A stretch of 63,973 bases of DNA, filler included, from an uncultured bacterium (GTDB lineage: Bacteria; Hinthialibacterota; Hinthialibacteria; Hinthialibacterales; Hinthialibacteraceae): assembly GCA_964449065.1 (NCBI GenBank). It is 4 parts of 4 records of this genome, joined end to end, with 100 filler letters (N's around TTAATTAATTAA, not from the genome) between each part and the next. Parts side by side here need not be neighbours in the genome. Positions count along the whole stretch, not along the records: positions 54,136 to 63,973 come from CAYVAZ010000192.1; 3 more parts are not named here. One strand, written 5' to 3'. Shown piece after piece: positions 58,976-63,973 of this stretch (positions are counted from its first letter, which is position 1; each line of letters begins with the position of its first letter). The translations under genes were made by a program, and so were the position numbers. The notes beneath the pieces were generated by a model. The model did not search any database. It was not told the origin of the DNA and worked only from the letters and a program-made list of their open reading frames with translations.

Positions 58976-60532
58976 TTACCGAATGCGCAAGATGGCTTTC
59001 AGCTCCGCCCCAAACAGAAACCAGCCAATCAAGCCGTACGAACCGATTCCAACAGCCATGCCTATGATTACGCGGGATAGATAGGCCAGGAATGAATCAT
59101 CATGGATGGGGATATATAGATTGGCTAGGTGGCAGCAGACATACATGATTGCCGATGCCAGCAGAACTTTTATGAAGTAAAGTAGTAAGGGGGAAATATG
59201 CAGCTCCGGCAGCCTGCGGATGAGCAAGATTGCCAATAGAAGAACATTCACAAAGCTTGCGGCAGCGGATGCCGCGGCTAATGTCCAGATCGGATATAGA
59301 TCCGTTTGGCTGGAGAAATACGCGCATAGGATGATATTCACTGCCACGCCGATGGCTCCGGTGATGACAGGGGTTCGAAAATCTTGCTGGGCTTGGAAGG
59401 ATTGCACGAATATTTTTACGAATGCGTATCCCAGCAAGCCGACAGCATAGCCTACAGTGGAAAAGGCAATTAATGAAAGAAGTTGTTTTTTTGACGTATC
59501 CCAATCGTAGATCAAGCCGACGATGTCAGGTGCCAATACGATCAACCCGAATGAGGCCGGCATCATTAAGAGCATCATATACTTGGACACGTTGCTGAAT
59601 AACCGGGCGGCTCCCGCTCTGTCCTCCCGCGCGAAATACTGCGCGATTTGCGGAAAGGAAGCGGTTGCCAGCGCGACTCCAACCACACCGAGCGGAAACT
59701 GAATCAAGCGGTGGGCGTAATTGAGTGAGGAAATTCCCCCAGCGCCATACCGGGACGCGAAATAGGTTTGGGTGATGAGCGCATTGATTTGAAAGACCGC
59801 CAGCCCAAAAACCGCCGGGGCCATTTTTCGCAAAAATGATTTCACAGATGGATGGGATAGAGACATCCATGTTGGCGGAAAATAGCCAATCGCGCGCAGT
59901 TGCGGAATTTGCACTACGAACTGCATGATTCCGCCCAGCACGACCACACCACAGATGCAGATCATCAGCGGCATATCGTTGTAATACCGCGAAAACAACA
60001 CAATCCCGATAATCAGCGTAAGATTGTAAAAAACCGGAGCTATCGCGGGGACAAAAAATGAGCGGTACGTGTTTAGGATTCCCATCGCCCAGGCGGAAAA
60101 GGCAATGAAGATGAGAAACGGGAACATCAACTGAGTGACTTGGATGGCTTCGGGGATCATTGCGCGCTGATCGTTTGGGAAATCTAATATCAACGGAACC
60201 AGCCAAGGACAAAGCAAAATGCTGATGGCGGTTACGGTCGAAACCACTACGGCGAGCCAGCAGAAGATGGCGGAGCTGGCCGAGCGGGCACCTTCCTCTC
60301 CTTCCTCTTCGCGTACTTTGGATAGCAAGGGAATAAAGGCCGCCGACAGGGCCCCTTCCGCAAACAATTGGCGAAAGGTGCTGGGGAGTTTGACACCCGC
60401 CCAGAAGATATCCTGCCAAATAACCGGGATATAGGCGACGATGACGGCATCACGCACCAGGCCGAATATGCGGCTCAAAAAGGTCGCGAGACTAAACAGT
60501 TTTGTGGATTGCAATAGAGATGGTGTTTTCAT
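58976..60532 (-). CDS. murJ: Lipid II flippase MurJ (MviN)
   Basis: SRIFGLVRD, P..FRQLFAEGALSAAFIP, YA.RL.QFPLGV; ~14 TMs; start MKTPS. Confidence 0.95.
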   Translation of the reverse strand: MKTPSLLQSTKLFSLATFLSRIFGLVRDAVIVAYIPVIWQDIFWAGVKLPSTFRQLFAEGALSAAFIPLLSKVREEEGEEGARSASSAIFCWLAVVVSTVTAISILLCPWLVPLILDFPNDQRAMIPEAIQVTQLMFPFLIFIAFSAWAMGILNTYRSFFVPAIAPVFYNLTLIIGIVLFSRYYNDMPLMICICGVVVLGGIMQFVVQIPQLRAIGYFPPTWMSLSHPSVKSFLRKMAPAVFGLAVFQINALITQTYFASRYGAGGISSLNYAHRLIQFPLGVVGVALATASFPQIAQYFAREDRAGAARLFSNVSKYMMLLMMPASFGLIVLAPDIVGLIYDWDTSKKQLLSLIAFSTVGYAVGLLGYAFVKIFVQSFQAQQDFRTPVITGAIGVAVNIILCAYFSSQTDLYPIWTLAAASAAASFVNVLLLAILLIRRLPELHISPLLLYFIKVLLASAIMYVCCHLANLYIPIHDDSFLAYLSRVIIGMAVGIGSYGLIGWFLFGAELKAILRIR

Positions 60533-60612
60533 ATTGCGCCATTGTAGTATCAAACGGTTCAGGAGAGAGACTTTCTTTCAAATTTTCGTAAAAAGTATTG
60601 ATAAACAACTTA

Positions 60613-60758
60613 TACCAATTTGCAGTAAGAATTTTGGTGAAAAACGTGTGAGCAGAGAAGGTCATGGTGGGATACGCTTCGCTTGGAGCCCATCCTACAG
60701 TTTCGTTATTCCGTATGGTTGCATGAAAGATCACTCACTTTTTATATGCAGCTTGGCA
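60613..60758 (+). repeat. ~145-bp MITE-like element containing a GTAG-type REP hairpin
   Basis: taccaatttgca...tgcagcttggca inverted ends; internal ggtgggatacgcttcgcttggagcccatcctac. Confidence 0.75.
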
Positions 60759-60810
60759 TAATTTAGGACGATTTAGAATTTCTTTGGTTCATCTGTAGTT
60801 TTGTATTGTT

Positions 60811-60960
60811 TCATTGCGCCACTGCGTCTGCCACGCATTGGTATTGTTCGAAAGCGGCTTGAAGATTTTGCACAATCTCATTCGCAATTCCATCCGGTGG
60901 GGCAGGTTACCGATATTCTCAAGGTGGTCATCTTTCAGCCAGAAAATATCCAGACTCATT
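60811..60960 (-). pseudogene. C-terminal remnant of a type I restriction-modification methyltransferase (HsdM)
   Basis: SLDIFWLKDDHLENIGNLP, then after a 1-nt frameshift PDGIANEIVQNLQAAFEQY..*; matches the typical HsdM tail. Confidence 0.7.
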
Positions 60961-60996
60961 GATGCCAAGAACCACAATACTGTGAAAACAGTCTAT

Positions 60997-61974
60997 TCAT
61001 TCTTTCCCTAAAACAGTCTGTATCTCCGGTTTGTTCATGTTGTTTGCGGTAATGATATACACTTCTGTATTGATGCGGTTTGGAACCTCTTCGTTGTTGA
61101 GGTGGGCGGCCAGGGTTGTTACGCTTTGATATCCGAGTTGAAACGCGTCTTGTACTATCAAGGCGTTCATGGCGCCGGACTCCAAGGCTTGCAAGGCATC
61201 TTCAGACACACCATGCCCTATGACTGTGAAATCTTTCCGGTATCCATGTTCTTCTAAGGCAAACAGCGCCCCACTGGTTGCGGTTTCACTGCTGCAATAA
61301 ACGCCCACAAAGTGGTCTTGATTTTTCAACATCTCCGCCATGATCTCTTTGGCTTTTTCGGCATTGTTGTTGTGGTATTGCTTTTCGGCCAGTTCCAAAC
61401 CGGTGTATTGGTTGACGATCATGTCTTCAAAGGCGGTCTCGCGTTCTCTGCAAGCGGACTCGCTTATGTTATTCATGATCATCACCACTTTCCCTTTGCC
61501 TTTGGTGTATTTCGCCAGTTCCATCGCGGCTTTTTGACCGGCCAGTTCATTGTTCGCTGAAATGTAACTGATTGGTGTCACATTCGGTATCTGTGTGTCC
61601 ATAACAACCAATGGAATTCCTGTATTTTGCGAGACCGTTCCAACAGAGGCTAACTGCTCAACGTTTTGCGCAGCCAAAATCACCCCATCCACGTTTAAAT
61701 TCCAATAGCGGTTTACAATTGCAATCTGCTGGTTGGATTCATTTCCGGCAGGGGCTTTCCAAATCACATTTATCCCATCCAGTTCTTGTTCCGCCTCTTT
61801 CGCACCGGCATATACCGTTTGCCAAAAGGAAGGTGGAGATGCCTTTGGAACGACAACGATATTTCGCATTCCATCTTGGATGGTCCCGCCAGGTTCACCG
61901 GACGAACCGCCTCCGCATGAAGACGATAGGGTTATCAAAGATAGAAGAAGCAAAAGGATAGAGAGTTTATTCAT
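60997..61974 (-). CDS. RbsB/LacI-type sugar ABC transporter substrate-binding lipoprotein
   Basis: AGGAG RBS; lipobox SSSC; VPK....FW..V.AGA, NN..AG..AA, L.VQD...GY. Confidence 0.88.
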   Translation of the reverse strand: MNKLSILLLLLSLITLSSSCGGGSSGEPGGTIQDGMRNIVVVPKASPPSFWQTVYAGAKEAEQELDGINVIWKAPAGNESNQQIAIVNRYWNLNVDGVILAAQNVEQLASVGTVSQNTGIPLVVMDTQIPNVTPISYISANNELAGQKAAMELAKYTKGKGKVVMIMNNISESACRERETAFEDMIVNQYTGLELAEKQYHNNNAEKAKEIMAEMLKNQDHFVGVYCSSETATSGALFALEEHGYRKDFTVIGHGVSEDALQALESGAMNALIVQDAFQLGYQSVTTLAAHLNNEEVPNRINTEVYIITANNMNKPEIQTVLGKE

Positions 61975-62181
61975 AACTGCTCCTACTTGTGATTCGAAAT
62001 TCAATCCGGAGTGTTGCCCCAGATTAGGTTAGGCATCTCCGTTGGAAGAAACGAAAAAAGACGTTGATATTATATACCGTAATTGTGTTTCTTATGAGGA
62101 AGATTAAAATTTGATTTCGGTTTACATGCAAGTTTAGATTTCGTAGGATGGTAGAGAAAAACTTGGAGATGCGCTATTTCA

Positions 62182-62847
62182 ATGCCGAACATTACGACTC
62201 TTATATTTGATTTGGATGGAACGTTATACGACAACCCGGAGCTGTTGGAAAAGCAGCGGGTGGTGGCCGTGGAGGTGCTGCGCGATTTTTTTCAGTGGGA
62301 CCGGCAGCATATTCTGGATGTTTTGCGTCTGACGGAAAAGCATTTGAAGAAGGTGTTGGGCTGCAAGCCTACGACTTCGAGTGTGATTGTGACGGCGGGG
62401 GTTCCACTGGTGACGTATTTGTATGAATGCGGCCGGCGGTATGACGCGGGCGCGTACTTGAAACAGGATGACGCGCTGATCGCCTTGTTTCGCATCCTGC
62501 GGGAAAACTTCCGTTTGATTATCGTAACCAACAACAACCGTGTGCAGACGGATTTGATTTTAAAAAAACTGGGGATATTTGATTTGGTGCATGACATCTA
62601 TTCGCTGTATGAAACCCGCATCATCAAACCCGATATGGCGTTATACAAACTGGTGTTGGAAGAATGCGGATTAACGCCGGACGAGTGTTTGGTGGCGGGA
62701 GACCGCTATGAGATTGATTTGGCGCCGGCAGAAGCACTGGGAATGCATACGCTGTTGGTGAAATCGATGACGGATATTTATCATATTGAAGATCACATAG
62801 AAAAGCAGCAAGAACAAGAATATCCACAAGAGAGTCCTGCAACGTGA
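62182..62847 (+). CDS. HAD-superfamily hydrolase
   Basis: FDLDGTL, VTN, KP and GDRYEIDL..A...GM motifs. Confidence 0.9.
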   Translation: MPNITTLIFDLDGTLYDNPELLEKQRVVAVEVLRDFFQWDRQHILDVLRLTEKHLKKVLGCKPTTSSVIVTAGVPLVTYLYECGRRYDAGAYLKQDDALIALFRILRENFRLIIVTNNNRVQTDLILKKLGIFDLVHDIYSLYETRIIKPDMALYKLVLEECGLTPDECLVAGDRYEIDLAPAEALGMHTLLVKSMTDIYHIEDHIEKQQEQEYPQESPAT

Positions 62848-63226
62848 ATATACTTGAAAGAAGTTGTCCAACCCTTTACCCCCCCAGCCTCCCTAATTGC
62901 ATTGGGGGAGGAGTATGTAACTCATCATTATACTATTTGAAATAAAAAATGTCTGTTATATTGGTAGGGTGGGCTCAACACTTTTACAACCTTGATTACG
63001 CTTTATGTCAAAGCGGGTGCAAGCTTGAATCCAACCGAAAAGCTTGTGTCCGGTAGCCCACCAGTCATACCGAAAGCGGACATTCCATATTTCTTTTGGT
63101 ATTATTTATCTGAATCCGTATTATTTAAAAATTGAAGACTTTGTTTTCTACACCGCATAACCACCAGAATGAGAACGCAATAATTGTAGTGGAAGAACCC
63201 TGCTTTCGGTTTCACCGAATTTTAGA

Positions 63227-63973
63227 TCAAGAAGAGTCATTTTTTATTGTTATTAACACCGCTTCGGGGAAGCAGTGAAAGCGGGGGCGGGTGAAGGGGC
63301 CGGAGCCGATTCCGTTGGAAATGAAGAACCAGGTATCTTTCTCTTTCTTTAAGCCTTCGACAAAGCGGCGGGGCGCGTTGGTGCGGGTAAGGATGGGGCC
63401 GATCAGCGGGATTTGAATCTGCCCGCCGTGGGTATGGCCGCAGAGGACCAAATTGGCGATGCCGTCATTGGCGATACGTGTGTGCTTTTCGGGTGAATGC
63501 ACGATAGTGAGGCAGGCATCTTCTTTCGAAAGCCCTTGAAACGACTTCTCAATATCATCGCGATGCACATACGGGTCATCGATGCCCACCAATGTGAGTG
63601 GTACACCGTCGATATCAAACTTCAAATTCTCATTTCGCAAAACACGAATACCGATTGCATCCAATTCACGGATTAAACGCTCAAAATCATTTTGTTTTTC
63701 TTCGTGGCGTTTGGGCAATGAGCCCGTTTTGTTGGTGATATCTTCAATCGTTGTCTGATAATAATCGTGGTTGCCCAACACGGCGAATTTTCCATACTTT
63801 GCTTTTAAGGGGCGCAGCGCTTCGATACACAACGGGATGCCGTGTTCTTCATCGATAAGGTCGCCGGTCACCAAGACAAAGTCGACATCGAGTTCGGATA
63901 GCGATTGAATAAAGGAAATGCTGTCGGTGCGGCCTTTGTGGAAATGCAAATCGCTGATTTGGAGAACGTTCAA
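63227..63973 (-). CDS. YkuE-like metallophosphoesterase (5' end outside the window)
   Basis: SDLH, TGD, LGNHD, H.P, GHTHGGQ, S.G.G motifs. Confidence 0.9.
   Translation of the reverse strand: MNVLQISDLHFHKGRTDSISFIQSLSELDVDFVLVTGDLIDEEHGIPLCIEALRPLKAKYGKFAVLGNHDYYQTTIEDITNKTGSLPKRHEEKQNDFERLIRELDAIGIRVLRNENLKFDIDGVPLTLVGIDDPYVHRDDIEKSFQGLSKEDACLTIVHSPEKHTRIANDGIANLVLCGHTHGGQIQIPLIGPILTRTNAPRRFVEGLKKEKDTWFFISNGIGSGPFTRPRFHCFPEAVLITIKNDSS

Noticed and set aside
1..63973. CRISPR array, tRNA or rRNA genes
   Set aside because: No regularly spaced repeat-spacer run or recognisable RNA gene was seen; the repeats are dispersed REP/MITE types.

Overview
Bacterial genomic DNA, probably from a metagenome-assembled genome. 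It consists of four contigs joined by artificial N44-TTAATTAATTAA-N44 spacers (18138-18237, 36100-36199, 54036-54135), plus one 100-N scaffold gap (26878-26977), so adjacency across those points is not real. Housekeeping genes: rseP, proS, ribF, ileS, a TraR/DksA homologue, the C-terminal half of carB, and murJ. Accessory content: several toxin-antitoxin modules, large secreted proteins, an AT-rich secreted-protein cluster headed by a receiver-ECF sigma fusion, and many REP/MITE-like repeats, some nested or tandem. A minus-strand C-P lyase operon runs phnC-E-D-G-H-I-J-K, metallophosphoesterase, phnL-M, acetyltransferase, EEP hydrolase. The most striking feature is its PhnJ. The gene and operon are intact and PhnJ keeps the Gly32 and His108 motifs, but it has only one cysteine: two of the three [4Fe-4S] ligands and the catalytic Cys272 equivalent are replaced. 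This points to a non-radical-SAM C-P lyase variant. Other highlights: a candidate C-terminal sorting motif (T-x-V-x-x-W-E-[LI]-[YH]), a CTAG-duplicating MITE inside a higBA operon, a split carB coupled to a broken hicA, and a decayed proteasome-beta-like peptidase gene. All family assignments come from motif recognition by eye; no database searches were run.
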